Shown here piece by piece: positions 49,701 through 61,900 of a DNA stretch of 63,684 bases (positions are counted from its first letter, which is position 1; each line of letters begins with the position of its first letter). Both the position numbers and the translations under genes were made by a program. The notes under the pieces are model-generated. The model was not told where the DNA came from, searched no databases, and worked only from the letters and a program-made list of their open reading frames with translations. The DNA comes from a virus (lineage: Duplodnaviria; Caudoviricetes), in the IMG/VR virus record IMGVR_UViG_3300017754_001974, positions 1-63,684 of that record. The stretch is one strand, 5' to 3'.

Positions 49701-49973
49701 GATTCATACGACTTAGAACTTACACCAGGTCTAGAAATAAGTACTTTAAATCGTAATAGACTTAATACATTAATAAATGTAATACCTGCACAAGGTGAAA
49801 GTGAGGGTATCAAGGTAGATGATCTTGATAATGCAGATGCTGAAAATAACAAAACAAAAGTAAATGATATAGCAACTGAGACTGAAAGATTAAAAGCTCT
49901 ACTAGAGAAACCTTTTAATGATGATAATTTATTTGATGACGCAGAAGATCCTAATAATTGTAAAACTAAATAA
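43800..49973 (+). CDS. Giant ejection protein with hydrophobic helices, repeat-flanked inserts and a P-loop domain
   Basis: 2057 aa; hydrophobic stretch AGFTVGIIGELIAEEMLLAAVGLGG, EGLQESFQ, FLSGFLMGG; DIExxRxxEL and KYxxELxxL repeats; IIYFSPGLGKTT Walker A. Confidence 0.72.
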   Translation: MEDIFKDSNTVITPALDEFYSNSFLIKGNPANENVLPAPQVGGANDDKSDIKSLINKLNNVSDISANKISNIQANYTDPLADAKMFTFNPTYKGLNWDRYKNHSDFDKLGFDPFRDNEKFYNDNSSIFSDVTRAAKGFGYLALGTGWESAKDLYKLVTFDFSPNTEGAKNSERILSESMSTRGTFGSSVINFGVNAGFTVGIIGELIAEEMLLAAVGLGGSFETGGASLGAAGYLAAVRANLAVSKIASIPKTTGALLKTLKNLDNAVEAKKYFTQFGRGAAEFLNPLQSTTDLVRNWDKLNGLGQVARASQSFGAFFKDIRNINRSFSEAKLEGGFVQNTMFEKLLGEAYADGKTPSPEEIDKIKEISLHAGYMTELINFPVIQYTNNITFGALTRPLRRLIGTTEDSIRMLNKTITTDITRKEVFQELAGGWKEAFKRGINPRLMAKNTLNYFSANIAEGLQESFQEATSIAMEDYYTKLYNNQNSIVQAHQELSMLDSYGKGIGAQFSGQGAETFLSGFLMGGLMHKSVSGVKGVITGINESSNAIKDLFYSKTNPESFKEAKEAREIKKAEKEATIKKYDEYRNNFIESQNAFFKDAGKMFSRDIAHMSAQEIIDAKAKHAQETGDYKFLIDQTDASLFENVANAQYFGKFDLYIEHLEKIKSLDDQGLMEAMGIDDAQAGRQRLEVSIDRAKNIKQRLEKAPKNPFNYNDYKEGTPEYNEMIFMHNAFEDARNAAVFTPYHFDRVLSRMNSISKDFSAIDLVANGNATEFLHLFGEKNIAEEVAILFQEKESLKDGTPENEKLAKEKDKQIAGLIGVRNAIIAHKGYFKALKENEEVDPQYEKNLKKAFVQYLSAYANIKKSILKSDKLDAAFKLFHDFHRLNIDSELLSKSVAIVADPDFLRQESLRRYNAIKKLYDNKKELIKKKWDVYFRKIGLNGVFQKLYDAGFAGDPEQMVAYNLSGGKAPVTKFYRTKDFSLVTFADVEDIAKINEIFSDYEDITGITKEKEEAAKKAAEAAAKKAEEEAEAARVAEKAKAVENFTPETKAKLVAAYDKYERKDIETFEEYIESAPEAKRIIAEEKQPTPVVPTPAPIVPLPPTTPISDIEAKRQKELEETITDEDDLLMLESYKNDGNAARISKEVKRMASKTKKGSKLIEIHRAEDDVDDLNKPLHERVNAGLFLQGKSPMHTDAHFTDVLRNITSLIKDIENGRTHLLEKEKSLYSEIIKQLKKGNAQDIALANKLEAIQSVTTPLKGDSYGIYNGEKIIGKTEKEIINEINAKYQAELDSLKKKETPQTKVQPSTIEGQVGTSNYTVEEGLIFYENEDGSRRPVANPDSRPILDVIKSDIENRRNEELTKYDEGKLTNTEIKVNNYKAYLHSTPTNVILKIGDRYGEMISEGSGIYGYNLEKLINAETGNTIEQHHNGRDVIQSKYDEELDALEGTQTTDSKADVEKTVLGSFANTTERVVNSKGPSNGRTLRTELTSKISSDGEVIVFKSKNTFTDNEDSVISAPASMSIEEFKEHFYPMLTADEIEMFEETLEVYKEDGWNGRIFFKELRVGSSKATNLKGQVNLDIMIGMGNDYGFTLTKRLTDAELDALQGSITKTDTEGSLFDKFEEDYGKDYADAIEYATSYLAKETINVDKFLEYLKKWDLTNEGKIGAIESAISTFNKYNLTDKENALKKLNAELTTLKSGQPKEEPKVKEPFPLSPQFEGKIIYFSPGLGKTTLVNQYPDQFVDMDVLLYEEFKDEPGFENATPETFGSTISAIYKRIKNDQPSFDAFDAIKNTHYNNAFKKAKTLASQGKTVLTGSGAFISRADFSVKATNEKISKEQLKNKTPGIDPTDLSEAMSGIRRNENRNNILMSVDKDSFTQFLMGNYDILQYINDNITFEQLDELGNFITSDMPEVVEAFNKKMEYLQAKILLFTNLQPGDTVIVLNEKTGENVKTKIMKKRSPDSYDLELTPGLEISTLNRNRLNTLINVIPAQGESEGIKVDDLDNADAENNKTKVNDIATETERLKALLEKPFNDDNLFDDAEDPNNCKTK

Positions 49974-49976
49974 AGA

Positions 49977-52900
49977 ATGGCTTGTCTTACACAAAAACAA
50001 TTAGATAATATTTTTCAATCAATTGGTAAATATTTTAAAGATTTAAAAGACCCAGGAGATTATAAACATTTAGATCATCTATTATATATTTATAATAAAG
50101 GTATATCTAGTGGTGTTCAACCTGCTACAGCATTATCTTATGTACAATCTGTACCTAAACTTGTTAATACATATAAATCAATAACTGGAATAAAGTTAAA
50201 TAGAAATGAAAATATTGCTTTAGCAACTATTGAATCTGATTTTGATGATAATGATTTAGATTTTGTAGCAACATATCTAGGATTAAATACTCAGAAAGAT
50301 ATTAAAGAAAAAGAAACAATTACTGAAAAAGAGTTTGTTACACCTGAAGGTAAAATTTTAAATTTATTTCAGGCTAATCCAAATGATCCTAATTCAACTA
50401 CTGGTCCAGATGAAAGAGTAGATCCCCAAACTCAAAAAAGAGATCCAAAAAAAACATGGTACCATAATTTTGTACGTAAATTTCTTGATGTTGCTTCATC
50501 AGGATATGAAGCATCAGGTGTAACAATTAAGAATCATACTGGTTTTAAATTAAAAGCTATTAAGATGTCTGAAATTCCTTATGAGGAATTATTTGATTTT
50601 CTTAAAAGAGAAGGAGTTTCTGAAACTCTACTTAAGACACTACAAGATAATGATCAAACTGTAGCATTAGTTATAACTGATAATGATGGTAATATTCTAA
50701 GATTTAATGAAGACTATTCTACATCCAATGAAGGTAAAATGATTTACTTTCAAATGAGAGATACTGGTTATGATTTATTAGATGCTAAAGAAGCAAGAGG
50801 TGCTATTCAATCAGTAAGAGAGATTGCTAGAAATTTAAAAATAACTGAGAAAGAAGCTGAAGAAAGAGTTAGAACTGGAGTAGAAAATCTAAGAACAATT
50901 CAAAAAGGAGTATTTGAAAATAAAACTATTTTATTAGATATTGTTGGAGGTAGTCCAGGATATATACCACGCATTGCTGGTAGTTTAGATGTAACTTGGG
51001 AAACAGCTCCAACAACATTAGGAGATTTAGTTAAAAATGTAAGTTCATTTGAAATCAATTATAGTACAATTGGTAAAAATACTGCAGAAAGATATGTTAT
51101 TATAAACGGTGAGACTATTCCATTATTAGCACGTAAAGCAACAGATGATGAATTAGATAATTTTACTGCAGCTGCTATTGAGAATATTTTAAAATCTAAA
51201 AATAAAAGTACAGCAACTGCTTTTGAATTTTTAAGTGAATACTTTGCATTAAATGATTCATATAAAAAATTATTAGAGAAGTTACTTGATGATATCCAAA
51301 GTAAAGGAGATGAACAAAGTGGTTTAGAAAGACTAAAATTATTTCTAGAAACTGGTGGTAGTTATAAAAATGGATTCTTTTTAACATATCAAAAAGAATT
51401 ACCTACATATCTTGGCATCAAGAATAGAGAAATTGCTATTATCAATAGAGAAGAGTATTATGATTTTTGGAAAGATAAATTAAAATCACCTATACCATTA
51501 AATGATGATAATGAAGTAGCTCTTTTTAATTCATATTTAAATTTTGAAATGAATCCTGAAACTAGAAAAGAATTAGGATTAGATAAACGTGCAGAATTAC
51601 CTATTGAAACGCCAGCTACAGAAAATAAACTTATAATTGGTGAAAGAGAATGGGATGATAATCTATTAACAAAAGAATATGGTATTACTTCTGAAGCATC
51701 AAAAAAACAAATACAAGATGCTTATGAATGGTATAAAAAAAGTCCTTTAAATGGTGTAGTTCCTTTTATTCCATTATTTGAGGTACCAAATTCAAATGCA
51801 AAAGCTACATGGGGGCCAGCAGGAATTACTTTATATTTTGGTTCTAACTATACAGATTTATATCATGAAGCATGGCATGCTTTCTCTCAATTGTTTTTAA
51901 CACTAGAACAGAAAAAACAATTATATAGTGAAATTAGTAAAATGTCTGGAACATTTCTTTTACCAAGTGGCGTAAGAATTAAATTTTCAGAAGCTAAACC
52001 ACTTCAAATAGAGGAATTACTAGCAGAAGATTTTAGACAATATAGATTATCTAATGGAACTAAAGTCTTTGGGCAAAGACCAGTAACTAATGGAATTTTT
52101 GCTAAAATTCTTAAATTCTTAAACTGGCTATTTGATAATACATCATATCAACAAACTCAAACAGATTTTAATTCATTAAAGAATGTAAAAACTTGGTATG
52201 ATAAATTGTCTTTAGGGAATTTTAAAGATTTGAAACCTGATGCTAAAAACATCATGTTTAAATCATTAGCATCTCCTATAGGTAATATACAGAATGGAGA
52301 AATGTTAACTGTTACTCAATCAGATGAAGTGTCTGATACTATGGATGCAATATTATCTGACGCATTAGAAAAGACAGCTAAAAAGAAAGGAAGAATTTTA
52401 ATTAGTGAATTCTTAGGTTCAAAAGAATCAATAAAATATGTTTATGGTAATATTAAACAAACGTTTGAAGATAAACTAATTGAGCTAAAAGAAGATGTAG
52501 AAAAAAATGCATATGCTATTAGTGTAATACAAACTGCTTTAAATAATTTTGGAGATATCAATGATACAATTGATAATAAAATATTAAATGATAGTACTAC
52601 TATATCATACCATCTTAGAAGTTCTAAGTTATTAGATTTTAAAACTAAGACTCTAGATGAAAGTGATGAGAAAAATGTAAATCTCGATACTAATATTCAA
52701 AAACAACTAGCAGAAAATGGAGAACTTTCATTTGAAGATATGGCTAATGAAAAAGTATTGTTTTTAATTAGAACACTTAAACAATATGATTCTAAAGGAA
52801 ACTTAGAAATGAATAGTTTAGGTTTTCCTAAGTTGACAAAGTATAATAAAACTTTAGGTACTCTTATTAGAAATTTAAATAACAACTCAGGACCTAAATC

Positions 52901-55900
52901 TATCAAAGCTAAATTAGAAGAGTTATATGCTAATGGTGCCTATGAAATGGGTGAACTATTAACTAAACTAGGTAATTTAGATTTAGTACAACAAGATGGT
53001 AGATCTGATATTATGAATGCCTGGATCTTATTTGCTAATAGTTTTAATACAACATCTCTACCATTAATCATTACTAGATTAGAGCAAAAAGTTAGTGATA
53101 ATCCTTTAGAGTATGAATATACTTTATATAATACTCAGGGTAAATTAGATTTATCAAACACTAAACGAAAATTTACTAGAGAGTTTAATTATAATAGATT
53201 AAATACTATTACTGATTTAGTAAATGGAGAAAGAGTTATTAATAGACAAAAACTAATTAATGTATTTGGTAAAGTGTTTGATGGTGGTTACAAAACTTTA
53301 AAGGATACTGATCCTGCTAAGTTTGAATTTGCTGTTAAATTTTATAATGCTATTGGTATTCCAATCAGCAACACTGAAGAATATAGAAATTTACTAAGTA
53401 ATAAAACTGTATTAGAAGGAGCTTGGTATATCTATGATATGCTTATTAATTATAAAGAAAATAAAAAAATAGCTGAACAGATTCCTAATCATCTAAAATA
53501 CTTAACTAGTTCAAAAGATAATCAATCTAATGTAATTGATACAGTTATTGAAGCATATCTTAAAGTAGAAGATATTGTTAGTACGTTTAGTTTATTAAAT
53601 GCTGAAGGTAATATACAGTATGAGAATGTACTTAATAATACAATTACTATTATAAAGAATGGTATAAATGAAGGTGATACATTTGAAGATTTTTATAGTA
53701 AACCTGAGTTTTCACATTACAATCCTAATAGAAATCCAATGGTTAGAAATTCTCTAATCTTTAAAAAACTATTTGGGAATAATCTTACTAATAGAGTAGA
53801 TACTTTAGAACTTCAAAATTATTCTGGTATTCAATTAGATAAAGATGGAGTTAATGTTAATTCAATATCTATTAATGATACGGATGGTCCAACTAAATTC
53901 TATATAGATTTCTATTCTTATATTAATAATGGTTATATAGAATTACCAAGACATGCTGATAAAAAATTAGCATTAGCATACTTTGCTTCCAAGAATCCAC
54001 ATTTTATTAATCCATCAACATATTTATTAGATACTGAATTAGGAGATAGATTTTTCTTTGATGCAATGTATGGTTATTTAAAAGCTGAACATGAAAGAAT
54101 CCAAGATATTAAAAATAATACTATCAGTGATTTAGATTACTTTCCTGATTTTAAAAATCAAGGTAAAGAGTTTCTTATTTTTCATGATATCCTAACAACA
54201 GAACAAAAAAACGAGTTATATGATATGTCTATTGAAGATTTAAAAAATCTAAACTCAGACACAGAATTATATAAAGCAATTGAAGAAAGAATATTGTCTT
54301 ATCTAACTAATCTAACTGCTGATAATAAAAAAGTATTTAATGAGGTAAATTATGTAGATCAAAGTACAATTCTCAAATTAGCTAAAGCTACTGTTAGTAC
54401 TAAGAAATTAAAAGATAATGAGAAAACAGATAGATTACTTAGAGCATATAGTGCTAATTCATTCATATCATTTGTAGAATCTACAACTTTATTCTATGGG
54501 GATATTGCTGCTTATAATTTATTAAAGGAAGAGTTCCATAAGCGTAATGCTTCTGCAGGTTCTACAGGTAAAACTTTTGTTAGTGATCCAGAAATCATAG
54601 CTGCATTTAATAAATTCTATGGTAATCGGTATGCTGAAAAACAAGGATATAAAAACTACGGAATTAAAAAAGATGGTATTTTAAATGTTGCTGTATTTGA
54701 TGATATCCAAGTTCAAAATGATGATCTAATTGAAGAATATAAAAAAATATTTAAAGATCAGTATACTCAAGATTTTATTGCATTTGGTTTGAAAGGTAAA
54801 GCACTTACTGATAGAGTAGAATTAGAAGTAAATAAAGCAGTTAAGAAATATTTTGCAGATGAAATAAAAGAAGGAGATGGTCAAGGTTGGTTAACTTTTG
54901 ATGCATATAGAATGCTAGCTAAACTATCTAATGAATGGTCTAAGGCTCAAGAAGATCTTTACAATAAAATTGTAGAGGGTAAAGAAATTGGTATTGATGA
55001 AGTATTGAAAAACTTTCCTCCTAGAAAATATCAGTACTATGGACCAGTTACAACAGATAAATATCACTTAAATGCATTGCATAAGTTTTCATTAATGCCT
55101 CTTATACCCTCTGTATTAAAGGATACAAATCTATCAATAATACATGATAGAATGATTAAGAATAATGTGCATTATGCAACATTTAAATCAGGTTCTAAAA
55201 CTGCTACAAGATCATATAAAAATGGTAAATCAGATAATTTCTATCAAGATTTATCTACTAGAACAGTAATGCCTGCAAGTACTCCATTAATGATTAATCA
55301 AATTAATCTTAAATACTTACGTAATCAAGTATCTATTAATGATGAGTTTAAAGAAGAAGTAGTATTCTCTACTCAAATGAGAAAACTAATTATCAATGAG
55401 TTGTTTGAAAAAGGTATTCCATTAAATGCTAATGTTGAACAATTAGTAAAATCATACTTAAAGAATATTGAGAAATATATTGAATTCAATAAACAAGAAT
55501 TAAGAGATGAGATTGAACTAAAAAGTGATGGTAAATTTAATGCAGAATCTTTAGCTAAGATTATTAAAAACGAAATGACTCGTAGAGATTTTCCTGAGCA
55601 TTTAATAGATACTGTTACTAAAATTGAAAATGGAAATTTTGCTTATGACTTATCTTATGCTTTAAATGCTGAAGATATTGAAAAAATCTTATTCTCAATT
55701 GTAAACAAGAGAATTGTAAGAAGGAAAGTAAATGGAGAACCATTAGTTCAAGCAGCAGTATCTGGTTTTGAAAGTATAAGACCAGATTTAACTAATGCTT
55801 CTGAACAAGACAAAGAAAAATATAAAGCTTCTACACTTAAATTCTATAGAAGAGATCCAGCAACTGGTAAGACATTACCAATGCAAGTTAAGATTGCACT

Positions 55901-58900
55901 TCAAGGAAAGTTTAAAAAGTTATTATATCTAGAGCATAATGGTGAAGTAATTAAGACTAGAGAAAGACTTAATATAGCATTGAAGGATGAGAAGTGGATG
56001 AAGAAATATGGTAAAATGGTTACTCTTGTAGGTGTACGTATTCCAGTTCAAGGTTTCAATTCAATGGAAATGATGGAAGTTGCAGAATTCTTAGAAGAAA
56101 CTGCAGGTAATATTGTAGTAGCTCCAACAGAGATTGTAAGTAAATCAGGAGGTGACTTTGATATTGATAAGTTATCTATATTCTTTCCTAATATTGAAAA
56201 AGTAGGTAAGAATGTTTTCTTATCAAAACTTGATAATTCAGTTAAATTATCAAATAGCCAATTAAAAAGTAAAATTGCTGAATTAAAAGAAATAATAAAA
56301 GGAATCAAAAGTGAGTCACAAAATGAATTTGAAAATCTAAAAAAGCAAAAGGAATTTAGTAAACTTGCAGATAACGAAAAGCAAATTATAAATACACTAT
56401 ATGAAAAGTATAATAGATTAGTAAAAGAAAATAATGATTTAATATCACTATGGTCTAAAGAATCTATTAAAACTAGAAATGGTAAAATATTATCTAATGA
56501 GATTGATGAATTAAAAAATATTTCAATTTCATTTGAAGATAAGTTCCAGGAACTAACTTTAGCAGAAGCTGAATTAAAACAAAATCTAAAAGTATATTAT
56601 GGTGCTTTCTATCAGGATAAACAACAAAAATTCTGGGATGTACAAGATAAAAAATTAGAAATTGTATTTGATGAAATGAATGCACTAAAAGAGAATCTAA
56701 TTAATTCATCTAATAGTGCTTATGAAAATGCTATAACTGAAGATATCATTAATATTCTATCTGCTCCAGAAATTGCTGCAGCATTAGTAAGACCTAATGA
56801 TACTGACTTAGTACAACCATTGTCTAAAGACATGCTCAAGTATTTTGCTAAGACTTATAATCCTAAAAAGAATTTTAATGATGATCCTGAATCAATGCAA
56901 TTTATTGATGATTTAGAAACAGATCCTAAAAAGAAAGTTAAAACAAGACCTGTATCACCTACTAGAATATTTGAAACAAGATATAATATCTATAAGCAAT
57001 TCTCTAACTCGGTTGGTAAAAAAGCTTTAGGTATAGGTGCAGTGGATAATGCTTACAATGCACTATTCAATCAAGTTGGATTATATCTAAATGATACATT
57101 TGAACATGTTAGAAAAGATAAAAAAACAGGTAAGAAAATAGTTCAGATTAGAAAGAATAGACTACTACTAAACCATAATAGAATGGCTAATGGTAATATA
57201 TCTTTGTCTAATATATTTAATACAGAAGGTACTAAGATATCAGATTTAATTAATCAGTTGATTAATGGATGGGTTGACGTTGCTAAAGATCCTTGGATTG
57301 CTTATGTAATGGGTACTCCTGAAGCATCACCATCTTTACTATATCTAATACAAGCTGGTGTTCCTTTTAAACAAGCAGTTTATTTCTTGGCTAATCCGTT
57401 AGTAAGAGAGTACTTTGATACTCTTAAGAAAATGGAAAGTCCTTTAGCCGCATTACAACAAAGTAAAGCATTAGATATAAAAGGAAATATTATAGATATT
57501 TCATCATTACCAGAAAATGAGTTTAAACTCAAAACTAGTATGCTAGAATTAAATGAATATGCAACTGGTCATGATGTATATAAAAAAATTCTAACATTAA
57601 CTAATGGTATTGAGAATATAACTGAAGAACAATTAAAAGACAGATTAGAAGCTAGTTTAGATCCAATGTGGACTCGTGATGAAACAGATATGGCAGTTTT
57701 TGCACATTTCTTAGAAGTACTTGATGTTTCAAAAGGTCTATTTAAAATTAAACAAGCTTTGAATTTTGATACTAAGACATCTGCTACTATGTATGATGCC
57801 TATGTAAGAAATCAAAAAAAGGATGCAGTTATTGGTTATGATGAAGATGAAATAAATATTCTTAGGATATTTCCAAAGGATAGATTAAAATCTTTATATA
57901 GTGATACCATCCTTAGTAATTTTGATGTAGGTGACTTACAAATGGAAATGTTTAAAGATTTATATGAAGTTAGAAATCATCCTAACTTGAACAAGTATCT
58001 TTCAGAATTCTATTCAAATAGTTTATTATTTGGTTCCAATATTTATGATAGAGTAATACAGATTTTTGGTGGAAATGATAAAATGATATCTGAATTTAAA
58101 AATGATTTTACTACAGCTATTACACTCAGAGCTTTTAGAGATATTGATATATCAGAAGATGTATATAAAGGATATGAAGTTGTACAAGTAAATAGTAAAG
58201 AGTATGATAAAGTAATAAATAAGAAGGTAAATAAAGCTTTACCTAAAGAAAAATTACATTTTGCTAAGAATAACTACACTAAAGATACTCCAGAGAAATA
58301 TCCAAAGTATGGTTTCATTTTTACTGAGAATGCAGAAAAACTAGGTACTGATTATAATGTGTCAACAACCCAGGCTGTTATTAGAACTAATAAACAAGGA
58401 GAAAGAAATCCTAATGCATTAGCTATTGTAACAAAGAAGATGCAGAAAGCTGGAGCTAACTTTACAAATTCTGAAGCAGACTTTACTCAGTTTAAAGAAC
58501 TTAATACTGAATTAATAAACAATATTGTTAATTCTAAGTTTGAAAGAATTATAGTTCCTACTGGTGGATTTGCAATGGAGAAAGCTAAATTGCCTACTAG
58601 ATTTGCTGAATGGTTACAAAGTGAATTGCAAACTAAATTAGGTATTGCTACTGATCTAGTAGATAGAGGAACTGGAATGAGTGGTTTAACTAACTCTAAA
58701 AAATATGAAGAACCTACTACTCAAGCATCTAGTACTGATAATCCAACAGAGTATACAAACCATTCTGGTGGTGCTTTAGGAGCTGATAGTATGTTTGATA
58801 CTATTGGTAAAGAATATGGACAAACAAATCAAAACCATTACTATTATGGATCTAAGCCTCCAAAAGGAAATGTGCTATTGACAGATGCTCAAGTAAAAGA

Positions 58901-61900
58901 AGGAATAGTTGAAATGGAAAAGGCTGCTAAGATTCTTAGTAGAAATCCATCTAAAACAGCAACTATAAATCTATTGGCTAGAAACTGGTTTCAAGTTAAA
59001 AACAGTACTCAAATTGTGGCAATAGCTCCTATTGATGAGTCAATGAAGTTTGTTGAAGGTGGTACAGGATGGGCAGTAGCAATGGCTCAAGCTAATAACA
59101 AAGAAATACATGTTTTCAATATTAAAGATAATAGCTGGTATAAATGGAATGGTAGTACATTTATAAAATCTTCAGTTCCTATATTAGCTAAAAACTTTGC
59201 AGGTATTGGCAGCAGACAAGATAAAGGTAAAATGACATCTGAATCTATTCAAGCTATTAGAGATGTTTATGAAAATACATTTAAAACTTCTACTAGTATT
59301 GCTCCAAAAGGAGAAAAAGTTAAAGATGGTATATATGTAAATCAAGAAGGTTTATCACCACAAGAAGAACTTGAATTATTTGAACTTATTAGACCAGTTT
59401 TAGAAGAACAAGCTGTTAAAAGTAATGCAGGTAAGAATGCTCCAAAAATGGCAGGACTAGGTCTTAACTGGGATTATCTTAATGGTGTAACTAAAAGAAG
59501 AGATAATGGATTTGAAAAAGTTGATATACAAGATCCTTTAAGAAAAAATACAGCATATGGATGGTTTACATCCTCATCTACTGGTGAGAAATTAGGTTCT
59601 ATTTCTAAAAGAATGGTAGAACTAATGAGCAAAGCTACTGGTATAGATGTTACTGATTATGATGGTTCTATTATAAATATCTATAACTCCGATAGTTTTA
59701 TTGGTAATCATCCTGATATTGATGAAAGTAAAACAGCAGAAAAATATCCTGTTGTTGTTGTTAATATAGGTGGACCAGGAAACATTGTATTAGGTAGTGA
59801 TAAAGTAAATTTAAAATCAGGAGCAGGATATGTATTTGGTGTAGGTGGTAAAAATAGAACTATATCTCATTCTACTTATGCATCACCTATTAAAGGTACA
59901 TTACCATCTATAACAACACAAATGGATGGTGAAACTTTAAAGGCTGGTTCTTACAGAGTTTCAATTACAATGAGAAGAGTTATGCCTTTAGAAAAAGGTA
60001 TGCCTGAATCTCCAAAAGTTATTTCTAAAAAACCATCTACTATTACTAGTATTGGACCAGAGACTAAAATTAATATATATTCTAAAGATAAAAATGGATT
60101 TGAAGATTTGAGCAATTTTGCTGAAAGATCTGTTAAGCTTGGTAATGAAACTTTTAGAACTCCTGAAGGTGCTTATCAAGCTATGAAAATTTGGTTTACA
60201 AATGCTGCTTTATTACGTACACCTATTAGTAAAGAAAATCTTGAAATATTAGAAAAATTAAAAACAGCTTCAGGTCTAGAAGCAAAAGCTTTAGGAAATA
60301 ATATTACAGATTTATCTAAAGACACCTGGGATAGAGATTCATCAGGTGTAATGAAAAATATTTTAACACTTTCATTTCAACAAAATTCTAAAGCTTTAGA
60401 TAAACTTCTTTCTACTGGTAATGCTACTCTAACTCATACTCAAGATAAAACTAAGTGGAAAACTGAATTTCCTAAATTATTAATGGAAGTTAGAAATGAA
60501 CTTAGAGGTGAACAACCTAAAGTTAATGAGCCAATTGAAGTAGAACAAGTTCCCACTAAGGGAACTAATATTCCAGGATATATCCCTATAGGAGTATATA
60601 TTCAAGATGGTATAATGTATGTAGATAAAGATACATTATATGATCAGTTTGAATCTGGTGAATATTCTAATAATAATACAAAAGCTTATGGTGCAATTAT
60701 TAATACTCCAGAAGGTGGTAAATATTATCTAGAAAAATTAAATCCTAGAACCTTTAATAACAACTTTAGTGAGTATGTTAGATTTGTAATGGAAAGGGAA
60801 TATCAAAGAAGTATACTAAAAGCTTCAGATATAACTAATTTTGATAAGGTATTATTAGAAACAATAACTGAATATAAGGATAAAGTTTTTATTCCAGGCG
60901 GTATTCTTAAAACTAATACTCCAGAAATGATACAGTTCCTATCGGAAACTGCTAAAATGGAAAGAAATGAATATGGTTATTACAATGTAGTTGATAGAGA
61001 AAATGGTCAAACCTACTATGAAAATTTGAAAAAAATAAAAAATGGTGAATGGCAACAGTTTACTTTAGATACATTAAAAGCAAAAGCATTAGAATATAAA
61101 TTAATAGAAAAATATCTTACTAATAAAGCTCTTAAGAATATACTTAATTCTTATTCTTATATGCAAGATCCTGTTAATGCATACTCTAAACAATTATTTA
61201 AATTAATTGATCAATACGATAATTTAAAAAAGGATTATAGTATTCTTGAAGCTTTAACAGAAAGTAAATCTAAAAGCAATGGGATATTTAATCTTATTTT
61301 TAAAGAAGGAAAACCTGATGCTAGAAGTATAAATAACTACAATGAAGAACTAAAGAAGCTAGCAGATATTGGTGTTGAAAAACATCCAGATAAAAATATC
61401 AATCAAGAAATATCTGAATTCTTTGATAAGTTTCAATATTATGTTTTATTATCAACTGGTTTTAGCTCTGGTAGTCAATACTCTTTAAATTCTATTATAT
61501 CACAAGATAAGATTTTGAATTTTACAAATTCATCTATTATTAAAAAGACTACTAATAGAATTTTAAACGATTCTGATTATTCTGTTGTTAAAGATAATTT
61601 GGATAAGTTTACTGATAAGTTCCTAAAAAATAGGTTAGGTATTGTATTAGATTCTAATGAAAAAATTGCTTCATATACTCCAGGATTTTCCACAGATAAT
61701 GCTAATAGGATTAAAACCTATACAGCTAAACCAATAAGTAAACCTTTAAATATATCAAATGCTAAACTAGTAAGTCCTTTAGATGATACACTGAGACAAG
61801 TAAATGATTCTTTATTTTTAGTTGATTTACAGGCTATAAGAGAAGAAGGTACTTATTCAAGTGATAAACTGTTTTTTACTAAAGCACTTACAAAATTGGC

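Noticed and set aside
680-60179. Minus-strand ORFs in the track (e.g. 680-949, 14989-15327, 36211-36618, 49478-49852)
   Set aside because: All lie opposite long + strand genes and have shadow-like composition without recognisable motifs.
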